Shown here in pieces: positions 38,715-50,571 of a stretch of 64,000 nt of DNA (position 1 is the stretch's first letter; every line of letters begins with the position of its first letter). The notes below the pieces were generated by a model. That model had not been told where the DNA came from and ran no database searches. It worked only from the letters and a program-made list of their open reading frames with translations. Where the stretch lies: positions 2,108,001 through 2,172,000 of the forward strand of contig JADEYG010000007.1 in NCBI GenBank assembly GCA_016906335.1, read 5' to 3'. This DNA comes from Novakomyces olei (lineage: Eukaryota). Position numbers and translations under genes: made by a program.

Positions 38715-39317
38715 GTACCTACTGTACCTACTGTAATTACACTATTTACTCTGTATTTACTCTGTATTTACTCTGTATTTACTCTGTATTTACACTGTAT
38801 TTACTCTGTATTTACACTGTACCTACTGTAATTACACTGTTAATTACAGTATTTACAGTATTTACAGTATTTACACTGTTAATTACAGTATTTACAGTAT
38901 TTACAGTATTTACACTGTTAATTACAGTATTTACAGTATTTACAGTATTTACAGTATTTACAGTATTTACAGTATTTACAGTATTTACAGTATTTACAGT
39001 ATTTACAGTATTTACAGTATTTACAGTATTTACAGTATTTACAGTATTTACAGTATTTACAGTATTTACACTGTATTTACACTGTACCTACTGTAATTAC
39101 ACTGTTAATTGCAGTATTTACAGTATTTACTGTATTTACACAGTATTTACACAGTATTTACACAGTATTTACACAGTATTTACACAGTATTTACACAGTA
39201 TTTACACAGTATTTACACAGTATTTACACAGTATTTACACAGTATTTACACAGTATTTACACTGTATTTACACTGTATTTACACTGTATTTACACTGTAT
39301 TTACACTGTAACACTGT
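38715..39317. repeat. Compound 9/10/11-bp tandem array built on a GTATTTAC core
   Basis: Units TATTTACTCTG, CAGTATTTA, CACAGTATTTA, CACTGTATTTA. Confidence 0.97.
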
Positions 39318-39617
39318 GGCCTCCAACTCTGGCCGGAACTTCAGTTGCTGACGCAGACAGAATGATCAGAGCTGCTGTGCTCGACTGTCTAACTATCAAC
39401 GTTCTCTACGCAAGCTGCTTTTGGCGTATGGCCGATTAGCGTTTAGACGATTACTGCTACAGAGTACAATCAGGCCAAGCTGGGTGTGCACGGCACTTTT
39501 GTATTAAACTAATCATCTCGCATTTTGCAAACACTAAATAACAGTAAGGGTATCAACATAATGACAAAAGGCTTGCGACATTACGAGCAGTACCACCAAG
39601 CCGGCCATCAAGCCGCT

Positions 39618-39758
39618 ACTAGCCAGTACTACCGAGCCTAGTAACCAGCTACCGAGCCTAATAACCAGCTACCGAGCTTGATAGCCAGCTACCGAGCCTA
39701 ATAACCAGCTACCGAGCCTAATAAACCAGTACTCGAGCCTAATAACCAGCTACCAAGC
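39618..39758. repeat. 20-bp minisatellite (CTACCGAGCCTAATAACCAG), ~7 copies
   Basis: Direct reading. Confidence 0.92.
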
Positions 39759-40168
39759 TCTGCGTGGCTTGCATCGCTCTGTCTGCACGCGTTCAATCAT
39801 CGAAATGCAACTTTTTCCTTTGCATCAGCCTCACCACAAGACCGCTGCTACTTTACCAATCATCCCAAAGTATTCCACCGGTCGTACGGCACTAAACCGC
39901 CATCGTCTCCTTCAGTCGTCTGGCCAGCACGTCTATGCGCAACCCAACTTTTCTGGATAATGTTTGTATAGTCAATAGGGCCATTGTGGAAGATTTGCGT
40001 ACAGTACGACCGTTCCTCGTCCCTGCCAGCCCGATATATACCCGATATATATCGGGATATGTATATGAAAAAGTAGATGTAAATAGATGTAAATACCACA
40101 ACCCTCCATCCAGCTCACTGTGTCTCGAAAGCCCTTGTTGTCCACAACCAATCGCTTACAAACTGCCA

Positions 40169-40272
40169 CAACCAAATCTTTGCCAAATCCTTCCTAAACC
40201 AAACTTTGCCAAATCCTTCCTAAATCAAATCCTTCCTAAACCAAATCCTTCCCAACCAAATCTTTGCCAAAT
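40169..40272. repeat. Degenerate CCAAATCCTTCCTAAA / CCAAATCTTTG repeat
   Basis: Direct reading; lies just 3' of the bZIP-like gene. Confidence 0.8.
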
Positions 40273-40275
40273 CGT

Positions 40276-40881
40276 TCATGAAGCCGTTGGAGAGTAAGCA
40301 GCGCCGTCCGAGTGAGGCGGCGACGCCAAAAACCGCTGAGCGCGTTCCGATTTGAGCCGGTCGATTGCTTGTTCCAGAGCGTCGATGCGTGCCTGGTACG
40401 CTAGCTCACGTGACCGGCGGTACCGGGCGCGAGCAATTACGCGCTGGCGCACGTACCTTACAAGCGACGAGTCCAAGTTTGACTCGAGCAGTTTCCGCAG
40501 CTGACGAAATTTGCATACACTACTCGGAAGCGCTTCCGATGCCGCTGACGTGGGCAGAGCGCTCCCGTCGCTCTGCCCGTGATGGGTATAAGAAGCGCGG
40601 GCGCGCTGCCGGGCAATATGGCGTGACGAGACCATTCCCCAGTTCGCGTCCGTGCGGCCGGGAAATTCCGGCGTTGCGGAGGCGCTGGCTGAGAGCAGCG
40701 GAGAGGACTCCGCTGACGGCTTACCCGAGCACGGCACAACCAGCCGGTACTGCTGCGGGTAGACGGAGGCCGGAAGGGAGGGCAAATCTCGTGCCGCTGG
40801 TGGAGGAGGCACTTGCTCACGGGGAGCAGGCTTCGATGCCAGCTGTGCCAGTAGCGAGTTGATTGGTGGTAAGGACGTCAT
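40276..40881 (-). CDS. Putative bZIP-like transcription factor
   Basis: N-terminal SLPPINSLL and DLPSLP motifs; C-terminal basic region RQRVIARARYRRSRE followed by heptad IDALEQAIDRLKSE; GC-rich coding-like composition. Confidence 0.6.
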   Translation of the reverse strand: MTSLPPINSLLAQLASKPAPREQVPPPPAARDLPSLPASVYPQQYRLVVPCSGKPSAESSPLLSASASATPEFPGRTDANWGMVSSRHIARQRARASYTHHGQSDGSALPTSAASEALPSSVCKFRQLRKLLESNLDSSLVRYVRQRVIARARYRRSRELAYQARIDALEQAIDRLKSERAQRFLASPPHSDGAAYSPTAS

Positions 40882-41803
40882 AAGTCATGCGACTTGATGC
40901 GATTGTGTAGCAATTGTTCTCTGATTGTTTTGGTATTGTTTTGGTATTGTTTTGGTATTGGTTTTGCTCTTTGATTGCTCTTTGATTGCTCTTTGATTGC
41001 TCTTTGATTGCTATTCCTGCTGACTAATTTCTTTGCTTTATTCTGCCTGGCGAGAGGATTTTGACGGGTCTGTGCATACATAATATAACAGCGCTGTGCA
41101 CATGCCAAACCCCATGTCGAATGCGAATATTAGCCGAGCGCTGACGGGACTCTTTTATCCCAAACTAGCAATATGAGCGGAAATAAACGCGAGTATGCGT
41201 ATAGAGTATATGGAGCGTTTGGGGCAGCAATATTTCCAGCAATGCGATAGGCCGACTCCAATTTTCATGTGAAATCACATGCTTCGTTTGGCTATGGTCG
41301 GATGGAATTGTGGGAATTGTGCGCGCCCTGGCGCCCTGCACAGGTTCGAAATCGGTGCATTAGTAATACGATAGTGTCGCAGGCTACACGGGACCAAGAT
41401 TACGCAGTGATTTCGCTACGATTACTAGCAGGATCGGCCAGGTACAAGTAGTTGTTTGACAAGTAAGCTTGGTGCATCTACTGGTTTTGAGAGGATAATA
41501 ATCTCACGCTTTTGCCATCCATCCATCATTACCAAACGTCGGCGACGAATACAGTAATCAGTGGTGGTGACACGACCCCCGATCGCTGTGTGAAAATGCC
41601 ACTGAACTGGCAGGTCGACGCTTAAAACGGCGATGCCGTAACGCAGTCATTAAAATTTTGTAGTTGGACTCGATGACTCAGCAATGATTCAATGACAATT
41701 CATCTATAATGAATAATTCATCTATAATGAATAATTCATCAATAATCAATCCATCAATACATCTTAATTCATCAATAATTCATTAATAATTAAATCTCTA
41801 GAT

Positions 41804-42127
41804 TCGTTCGGGTTGGCCCGTACACATTTTAATGGTACCACCGAAAGTCGCACTGCACTTTTAGGTGCAAGGAGCTGGTAGAGCGTGTATAGTGAGTGTA
41901 TACCGCACCAAATCGAGCAGGTCGCACAATTGAATCAAGGATCCCTTGATCCGAGTAGAATATAACGTAAAATGCAACAGTTTATTCAAAAGACCGCGGG
42001 CAAACTCTACGCGGAAATTCGCGTAATAACCAATTGCACAATACATTGTGCCACAGTTCGAGGCTGCCTGGTGTATACGCCCGCACCGACACGAGAATGC
42101 TTCCTCATTCGCTCACAACGGCACACA
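41804..42127. ncRNA. Candidate structured ncRNA or palindromic element, family unassigned
   Basis: At least six local hairpins plus long-range pairings in ~325 nt flanked by AT-rich DNA. Confidence 0.3.
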
Positions 42128-43009
42128 TTTATTGATATTAATATTTTATAATTTTTAATTAAATAATATTTAATTAATAATTAAGTTTGGCACTAGTACG
42201 TCTACACTACATGCGCAGACAATTCCCTGGCGTTTGCTGGCAGTGCCCGTGACGAGATGCAGGTGTCTATACCGCGCTCAGTTTAAGCAACGACTCCTAC
42301 TGTGCTCGGCAAATATTGCCTCTACATCTCGAATATATATACCATTGCGAGATCTGTGCATTCTCTTCTGCAGTTTTTTCCTAAACAGCACACACCTGGG
42401 CTCGTCCCAAACCATCACTCAAACTGCCGTTATCTATTACATAATATACCATATACATCGTGTGCATCGAGTAATTGAGCACGACAGTACAAACACTTGC
42501 ATTGTTTTTGTTGTTCAGCTGACAAATTTACTTGTAGAAACAGCACACGTAGATGCATTGGCAGTTGTCCAGAGGGATTACGGTCCACTTGAATTGCACA
42601 TTAAACTGTACACAAGTTGATGCACATTAAACTGTATATACAATAGTAATTTTAAATTATACAATAATAATTTTTAAATTATACAACTATAATTTTTAAA
42701 TTATACAACTATATTTTTAAATTATACACGCATTTGGATTTCGCACCTACACATCAGAGATCAACAAGTAACGGCGCAAATCATTAGTGAACATTAGAGC
42801 GTTGGAATTGGAGTCGTCGTCTATACGGCACTTGTAATTACAAGTTATTTATATATATATAAATACAAATATATAAAAATAGAAAAACATTCTTGGCGCA
42901 CGATGACATACACCTTGGGGCTTGGTCGGCCCACATATTAATGCGATAATAAGATCGCGATAAAAGGCACCAAAAACAAGCTTCAGCAACGATCAACGAC
43001 CCGAGAGCA

Positions 43010-43696
43010 ATGGCGTCTGCAGCATTAGACCCGCGCGATGCTATGCGCGATCGCCGAGAGTCCGGTGCGAGTTCAAACCGCGCTCACTCGTTCTCCAGCA
43101 GCGGCGCCGGCTCACACGTGCACGACAAGAAAGTCAACCCGAACGAGGCTCTGCAGGAGGCACAGCCCTACGAGCTGTCACAGGAGAACTCTCCGCAATC
43201 GCGGCGTCGGCTATCGGCTACAACGGCATTTGACAATGCGGGGAACGAGATTACCGATCCCGACCGGTCCAATCCCACTCGCTGGCGCCACGAGCGGCCG
43301 CTCGATACGATTAGAAGCTTCCAGTCGGCCGCTAATTCTGGGTACGATGGACTCTACGCGGCCCCACCGCCTGCGGCAGGCGGCCGCGGGCCGTCGAGGC
43401 AGGCTTTTGCTCCGGTCGGCCGACAGCCGCAGCCAGCAAGAGACAGTTACTATGACCAATGGGGGGCTAATGCCCACTCGCCACCTACTACTCCGCCTAT
43501 GCATGACTCTTTTGGTTACGGGAACAGCAGCAGTGCATTGCACACGGCGCAGGCGCCCTCTGTGCAACGCTCTGCTTTTGCTGAACCTTCAAAGCCCGTT
43601 ATGAGCATTTCTACCGCGGGAGCTACTGATTCACCGCTCACTCCTCCAACCGAGAAAAAGAAACGGTTCGGGCTCTTTTCCCGGCGCAAATCGTAA
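43010..43696 (+). CDS. DUF2406-family fungal protein
   Basis: KVNPNEALQEAQPY...DNAGNEITDPDRSNPTRWRHERPLDTIRSF. Confidence 0.85.
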   Translation: MASAALDPRDAMRDRRESGASSNRAHSFSSSGAGSHVHDKKVNPNEALQEAQPYELSQENSPQSRRRLSATTAFDNAGNEITDPDRSNPTRWRHERPLDTIRSFQSAANSGYDGLYAAPPPAAGGRGPSRQAFAPVGRQPQPARDSYYDQWGANAHSPPTTPPMHDSFGYGNSSSALHTAQAPSVQRSAFAEPSKPVMSISTAGATDSPLTPPTEKKKRFGLFSRRKS

Positions 43697-44082
43697 ATTT
43701 GTTTACACTCGCCTTTTTGATCATGTGCCTAGTTTGTGACTAATTTGTGACTAGTTTGTGACTAATTTGTGTCTAGTTTGTGTCTAGTTTGCCCTTGTGC
43801 GCCTTTCTTATCTGTTTTTTTTTTGACTGTGGTCTATGTACATCCTGATTTGACGTGTACGAGTGCTGTGCATTTTAGTCTAGTTTTTATTGGTGGCGGT
43901 GGTGATGACGAGCTTATTAATTCGCTTTGGAACCAGTCTCTGTGCGCAAATAGCATGCAAGGTATACGCATAACACTGTAGACGTAGACGAGTATGCGAA
44001 TAGCGGCAGCCACGCGTGGCACGATTGTAGGAGACCACGGTAGAGAAGACTGATTCATCTGTATGTGCAGTAATGCACTATA

Positions 44083-44130
<48 letters not shown>

Positions 44131-44132
44131 AA

Positions 44133-44211
<79 letters not shown>

Positions 44212-44213
44212 AT
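44083..44213. repeat. Compound (AAAG)n-(AAAT)n microsatellite just 3' of the VPS8 stop
   Basis: Direct reading. Confidence 0.98.
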
Positions 44214-44229
44214 GCAGCTAACGCCCACG

Positions 44230-47200
44230 TCACAATCCCCAGCAGTCTCGATGAAACACTCGGCCATCTGCACATAGGACAACAGCATCAAGCCCAGTGG
44301 CCGTGTTGCCCATCCAGGCGGCCTCCTCAAGAGCCTGCGTGGCTGCCACCGACTGAACAAGGGACGAAGGAGCCGACAAAACGTCCATACGCGCTTCACC
44401 CTGCTTTGTCGTTCCGAGCAAGCGCAGAACCGGTTCCCCACAGCCGACACACAAGTTTTCGCTTGCAGTTACGGACGAGTGCAAAACTGGCCCACTGCCA
44501 GCGTCGCTCGTACTACCGCTGAGCGGTCTCCAGCCACGTCTTTGTTTGGCTCTCAAATCCAGACCTGTCGAATTGCCCTCTGTCTCTTGCAGACGCGTTA
44601 GCAGTTGCCCTACTTGACGCTCCCAAGCAAATGCTTGCAGCACACGGGACAGCTGCGCTTGCACTGCTGATTTGCCTCCGTCCCATGTTACAGCCGATCC
44701 CGCTTGACTGTGCAGTTTCCCTATCGCCTTCCCTCCTTGTTGCCGCGACAAGCGGGCCATGTACAGTGTCATAATTGCCGGGAAATTGATCCGATCATGA
44801 GCGAAAAAGACCCGTTGCCGGGCTGTTTGGAGAAGCAAAACTGTAAAAGCAGATTGTACTGCTTCAGTATTGGGCGTAAGCGTATACAAAAGCTCTGTCC
44901 ATGCTTCCTCACGCACACTTACACTGTACTCTGTTTGGTCTGCAAACTCCTGGCAAAGAGCAATTGACCGCTGAACAATTAGGGTTGACGTTTCGTCCTG
45001 CGTATACCCAATTGCCAAGCGCAGAGCAGAAAACAAGGCTTTCAAGGCCGGCTCGTACTCGCAAAGTAGCGTATGCAGCATTGCCCTTGAGCGTAGCACA
45101 GGGATACTGTTGTCCTGCTCGAGATCAGCCGGTCCCCAAACCTGCAAGAGCTTTTCTGGCCGAAAGGTGCCGGGCTTAAGATCTGCAATTGTCTGTGGAA
45201 GCTGCTCGACGGCCTGTGAAAGCACCAGACTGATGTACTGTTCAACGTACTCTTGCAAGGCGGTAATACTAGCATCAGCATTAGCAGTATTAGCAGCATT
45301 AGCAGTATTAGCAGTACTAGACTTTGTAGTAATAGTATTAGCAGTAATAGTATTAGCAGTAATAGTATTAGCAGTACTGCTAGCAACACTATTAATACTG
45401 GTGAGCATAAAAACATAGCGCAATTCTGGCCGAAGTATATTTCGAGCAATACGCGTGTGCAATTCTACACCAGCGCCATTGACTGCAGCGGCAAATGACG
45501 CTGCTGTTTCAGCATCAGTTGCTAAATCTGCTGCTCTTGCTACCATAATATGTGCGAGACGTTGGCGATGTGATTCCGCCAAAGTTTGAGCAGAGCTCTG
45601 TACAAAGTACAAGGCATCCGCACACCGCCCCATGTCTATATACATTGTCAGGATATCCTCATAGCGGCCTTCGCGCCAGTACAGGGAGTAGAGAATTCGA
45701 GTAAAGCCTGCAGACTTGCAAGCGGCCACCAGCCAATCAGTCTGAGCTGGCTGGTATATCGAAAGCAAGCTCTCCATTGCCAGTTCTCGCTCATTGAAAA
45801 GCATATTGCCATTATCGCCAGAATCGGAAACAGTGCCGTTATTTGTGGTTTTTATTATATCCGTCTCATCATTGTTATTTGCTTTTTTAATTATACTAAT
45901 TTTTTCAGTATAGCAATCTTCGCCACAAAGTAGGTTCAATATCTGCACATACACGCTGTCCGGGAGAACGAGAAACTGAGGGTATTTTGGTACGTTGCGA
46001 GCCACAAACATAGCCAAGTTAATCGCGTCTCGAGACTTTAGCGAGGGCAGTATATCCAGCAAGATACGCATTAAAGCTTGCCGGTTGGGTTCGTGCCTGA
46101 CCCTGTTCAAAACAGGATCCTCAAAGGCCTCGTCTAGAGCGTTTAGAAGCAGAGTACTGTCGTACTCTAGCAGCACTCGGAGATAAGGGTAGACGAGACC
46201 AAGGTTGCTGGCTGAGCCTTCTCCCAATGCCCCGCCTACTAACCCGCCCGTAGACCTGGGCACTCTGGCCTCGGAGAACAATAGGCGAAAAGTCTCTGTT
46301 TGGCCAAGGTCAGGCTGTGCTGAAATGTCACCGCTCGGGTACATTCTGCCCGTCAGTGTATACGACAAATAAGGGTAAATCTTTTCTGAATCGCCTTGTT
46401 CTTTGCCCGTCTGGTCTCTGCTAGTGTGGCCACTGTTGTCCTGGTTACAATTGCGTCTCAAGACTAGATCCAAGAGGACGGCAAAGGCCTCATTGTAGTC
46501 GTGCAGGGTGACGGTAAGGCAGTAGACCCATGCATCCCACAGACTGGCTCTATGAGCAAGAGAACGAACGGCCTCTGGATCCAATGAAAGAGGGCCTACT
46601 TGGCACAAGAGCCGTTCGAGTTCGGCTGGACGGCGGGCCGTGTACTCCCGAATAAAGCCATTCATTATATCAACTGGGACATTTGTGATTTGCCGCCGTT
46701 CAATGTACGGAGCAAACGCGTTTAGAAACATCAAGGAGAGCCCCGCTTGCGATAACAAGTCCCATACTTGCCATAGAGTCTGGTCGCGAGAGTACACTCC
46801 TGTCTCATCGTTAATCGGCAATTTTGCAGTGGCAAACACTACAGTCTGCACTACTCCAGTATGATCTGCCTGACCACCCAGTCCCAAGTGCGAATCGACA
46901 CCATTGCTGATATTAATATTGACATTATCATTTGTATAAATATTATAATTATTACAAGCCCACTCGGTAGCAGCAATAATAATCTCAACAAGACGGGGCA
47001 GCACAAGCGACCTGCGCGCAGTTTGGTCACGAGGCAATCCAAACGAGGGAACTCGAGCAGTTCCCTCGTAAAAGGAAAGGCTTAGTCGAATAGCCGCTGC
47101 CAGTTCCCCTCGGGTTATCAGCCCGAGAATACGATCGGTCCAGGTTTGCATTGAGCCGACAATAATACCAGTCGGCCGGTCATTGCCGGCATCGGTGCCC

Positions 47201-48794
47201 CGTAAAAGAGCAAATATCTTGCCGCGGTATGAGGTAAACGCCTGTGTAAATTGAGCCACTCCATCGTTTCGGCTCAGTCGGCAAGAGACTTGATGCATCA
47301 TGTACTCACTGCTCCCTAATTGCTGCAGAGTTTCAGCACTGAAAAGCACTACTCTTTGCGTCGAAGTCAGTGTGACAAAATATTCGCTACTTATCCATGC
47401 CACAGCCACAATTGGCTCTCGTACCGTTTGCCGCTGCTGTAACCCAACATCGAGCAGGGAAACTGCATTCGTGTCTGCATTTTCGTAATTGAAGCCTACA
47501 ATATACATTCGCAGTTCATTCATCCAAGCGCATAAAAGACGTGGATGGCCCTTAGAAGGCGGCGACCAGGCTACAGCGCCGACAGTGCCTTCTCCAGGCG
47601 TGACCTCACCCGTTGCAGTTGCTGCGTCGGGTGGTAAAGGCCCGGATCGAGCGGGTAAAGGCTTCCTGTACCGGGATACAAACTGTGTTTTGGGAGTTGG
47701 AAGCGTACTAATAATAATGATCTAACAATTAGACATGATAAATGAATACTAAAACAAAACTTGAACCAATAAATACAAAACACTAGATAGAAAAAAAAAA
47801 TCGAAATAAACAAAAATACAGATACTTTTTTCCCCGTGAGTAGAGCAACGATACCGTAGCTCCCGTAAAGGAGACAAGACAATCCGAGGATATTTGATGC
47901 AGGCGCAGAACCCGGAGCCGGACGTCCGACCAGACGTAAGCTCCGGGTAGACCTAGACAGTATCCCGCGCAAGAATTGGTGCTGGTAGCAGAAACCCGCC
48001 TCATCGGCCGCTAGCGCTAGAGAATGCCGGCCATTTATGAAATCGACGTGTGTAATAACTGTATTGGACCTATGCCTAGATCCATCGTCAGACGGTGCCA
48101 CTGAATCGACGAGTCTCAGTTTCCTCAGGTCCCAGAGGGAGACATAGCCCGTAAAGTGGCCAGCCAAGAGGGTTGAGTAGTCGGAGGAAATGCTAATACA
48201 GCTAACACCGCCAAAGACAGCGCTCTGATCAAGACCTAAAGTACCTCGGGGCTGTTGCTTATAATCAAAGAGCAATATTAAACCCGACAGTGTCCCTACT
48301 GCGATCATCCCCTGGCTACATATGCACGAAGGCACTCCTTCAGAAGGAGATGCGTCTACCTGTTCTCCAAGACGATGCAAACGTGTCCAGCGTGCAATTT
48401 CAGAGTAATCCGCAGTGACTTGGGAATCAAAGCCCAAGTCAGATGTCGCCGGCGACGCGCCGCTGCCGGCCAAGAGATCCGGCCGGGGTGATGATGTTGT
48501 TACAGAGTCCATAGACGATACCAGCCTGGCGTTCGAACGACGTCTTGGCGAGGCAATTTTGCTGTTGGAGCTGTGCGGTATTGTCGACGTGGTCTGCAGG
48601 GACACTACGTCATCGTCTTCGGAGCCGTCGGTGCCTCGATAGTGCGGAAGGCGAATTGGGGCCAATTGCTCAAAATGAGTACTGACTTCATTAGGCTGAT
48701 GACGGGCCGCTAAAGTATCGTGCATTGGATCGGTTACACTATTCCTCGTGGGACTGGTACTTGCGTCCTGCTCACTCATACTCCCGTTATACAT
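44230..48794 (-). CDS. VPS8: CORVET subunit Vps8, one intron (~47722-47825) joining the two ORF-track segments
   Basis: IAVGTLSGLILLFDYKQ..GHFTGYVSLWDL beta-propeller; KIYPYLSYTLTGR.YPSG; YPYLRVLL..D...LDEAFED; FVARNVPKYPQF; C-terminal CxxC...C.DG.VFH..C RING. Confidence 0.9.
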
Positions 48795-49377
48795 GGATTT
48801 GGTCCCTCAGCGCCAAGACTTGCACTTGCCTGGAACTCTGACCGCCATACTTTGGCAAATCATCCCCGATCCTTAGATGGCATTACGAAACCGGCTGATT
48901 TGGAGGACGATGACTGTTAAAACTGCGATACCACACGCAGCAAAGGAAATATATTCTGACAGGAAAATAACCGATGGCTGGCAGCAAGACAAGAGCGAGC
49001 AAAGAAACTGGCCTCTACTTGGCTCTGCGCAGCTCCACAAAAGTGCCGTTAGACCCTCAAATTCACTCTAAATTTAACACGAAATTTCGTATATTAAACG
49101 AACCGGAATTAATCGAGTCCAGAAACTGCTCAGTCGCTGACAAACTCGACCGCAGCACTCGTCAGTGACCCGTTTGGTCGTTGAGAAAGTTGGCGCAAGA
49201 CCGTAAAATGCAATAAATATATAAAAGTATGTACGTAATTATTAATGTATACGACTCGCATATGATAATAGAGGATGAATTATTATATACAGCAGGAAAG
49301 CAAGAGGTTCTGATTGAGGCTCTGATCCAACAATATGGCATAAACCGTCATGTTTCCCGTTTAAAACGAGGTTTAAA

Positions 49378-50384
49378 ATGGATTCAAAAAAAGCGGAAAA
49401 GGCGCGCGCAGGCCCCGAGCTGCCGCCGACATTAGCTGCAAAGCGAGCTGCCGCACGTGAAAGAAAATTGGAGGAGGAGCGACTTGGAATTGAAGAGAGC
49501 AAGAAGGAAACGGGGGATGATAGCGACAGTGCTGATAGTATTGGACCACAGCCAGCGCAGGTACGATACTGTTTTTTTAATTTTTTTTATATGCTTTTGT
49601 TTTATCAATTTCAAATAGATCGCTTGGACTAGTCAGAACGGGGCTTTTAATTGGAGGCAAAGCCCAACTCTAGTTTCTACTCTAATTGCCTACCCGGCTT
49701 TCTCACCATAGTAAATGATTTAGCAAAGCGATTTGAATTTTGGCTTTATTTTAATTCGGCTGCATTCTAGTCGCTTGAATTTCAATTTTTGAAAGCTGCT
49801 AACAGTCTCAGAATAAGGGTGACGATGAAATGCAATCTCTAGAGAAACCAGAAAAGACCGATCGGCCACGGTTTTATCAGCGAAAAGCGGCAAATCAGCA
49901 AAAAGATGCTGAAGAAAATGGAGAGAAAGCATCAAGGCAGCGCGATGAGTGGATGCTAGTGCCACCTTCAGACCAAGACTGGGCACGTAATATGGATACT
50001 ACCAAGATTAAAAGCCGTGGGTTCACTACTGGTCTTGGTGCTCGCCGGGCAGACCATAGTACCTTTGATCCGAGTTGGACGACGACAGGGCCGAATACAA
50101 AACCAGCAGCTAAAGCAGAAACGTCTGCAGAATGGTTAGCACAAACAAGAAACCAGCGGCTGCAGACAGAAGCGGCCAAACAAGACAAGCGTGGGCCTTC
50201 ATTATCGGAAATTCATGCGGATAAAAAGAGAAAGCAAGGCGAGGACGATGACGATGCCTCAAAACGGCCTTTTGATCGGGAGAAAGACGTATGGGGCGGC
50301 GAACGTGTTGACGTGAAACGATTCCAGAATCAAAAGCAGCAAGGCAGTCTTAATAGTATGTTTTCTGGGGGGTCCTATTTGTGA
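49378..50384 (+). CDS. GPALPP1 / DUF3752-family protein, one intron (~49561-49811)
   Basis: GPELPP, IGPQP, RDEWMLVPP, WTTT, RGPSL..IH, RPFDREKD, FSGGSYL. Confidence 0.85.
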
Positions 50385-50571
50385 AACTTTTTGGGTTGGA
50401 GATTTTTCTTTGCAAAGTTCATACATCTACAGCCGGAAGAAAAAATTCCATTAGCACAGACAGACGGGCCGGGGAACGGAGGACCTGATTGTCGATTGAA
50501 ATGCGGAACAGGAGATCGATAATGCGATTTTTAAACGAGCAAATGCAAGGTGTGTCCATTAGGTATTGAAG

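Noticed and set aside
38696..38720. TGA-CTG readthrough context at the ATG6 stop
   Set aside because: The extension runs straight into satellite sequence with no targeting signal or domain
39618..39758. Regular 20-bp repeats as a possible CRISPR array
   Set aside because: Head-to-tail copies with no unique spacers; eukaryotic context; no cas genes
39935..40297. 120-aa plus-strand ORF
   Set aside because: Start codon in poor context, C-terminal part is a translated repeat, no known motif
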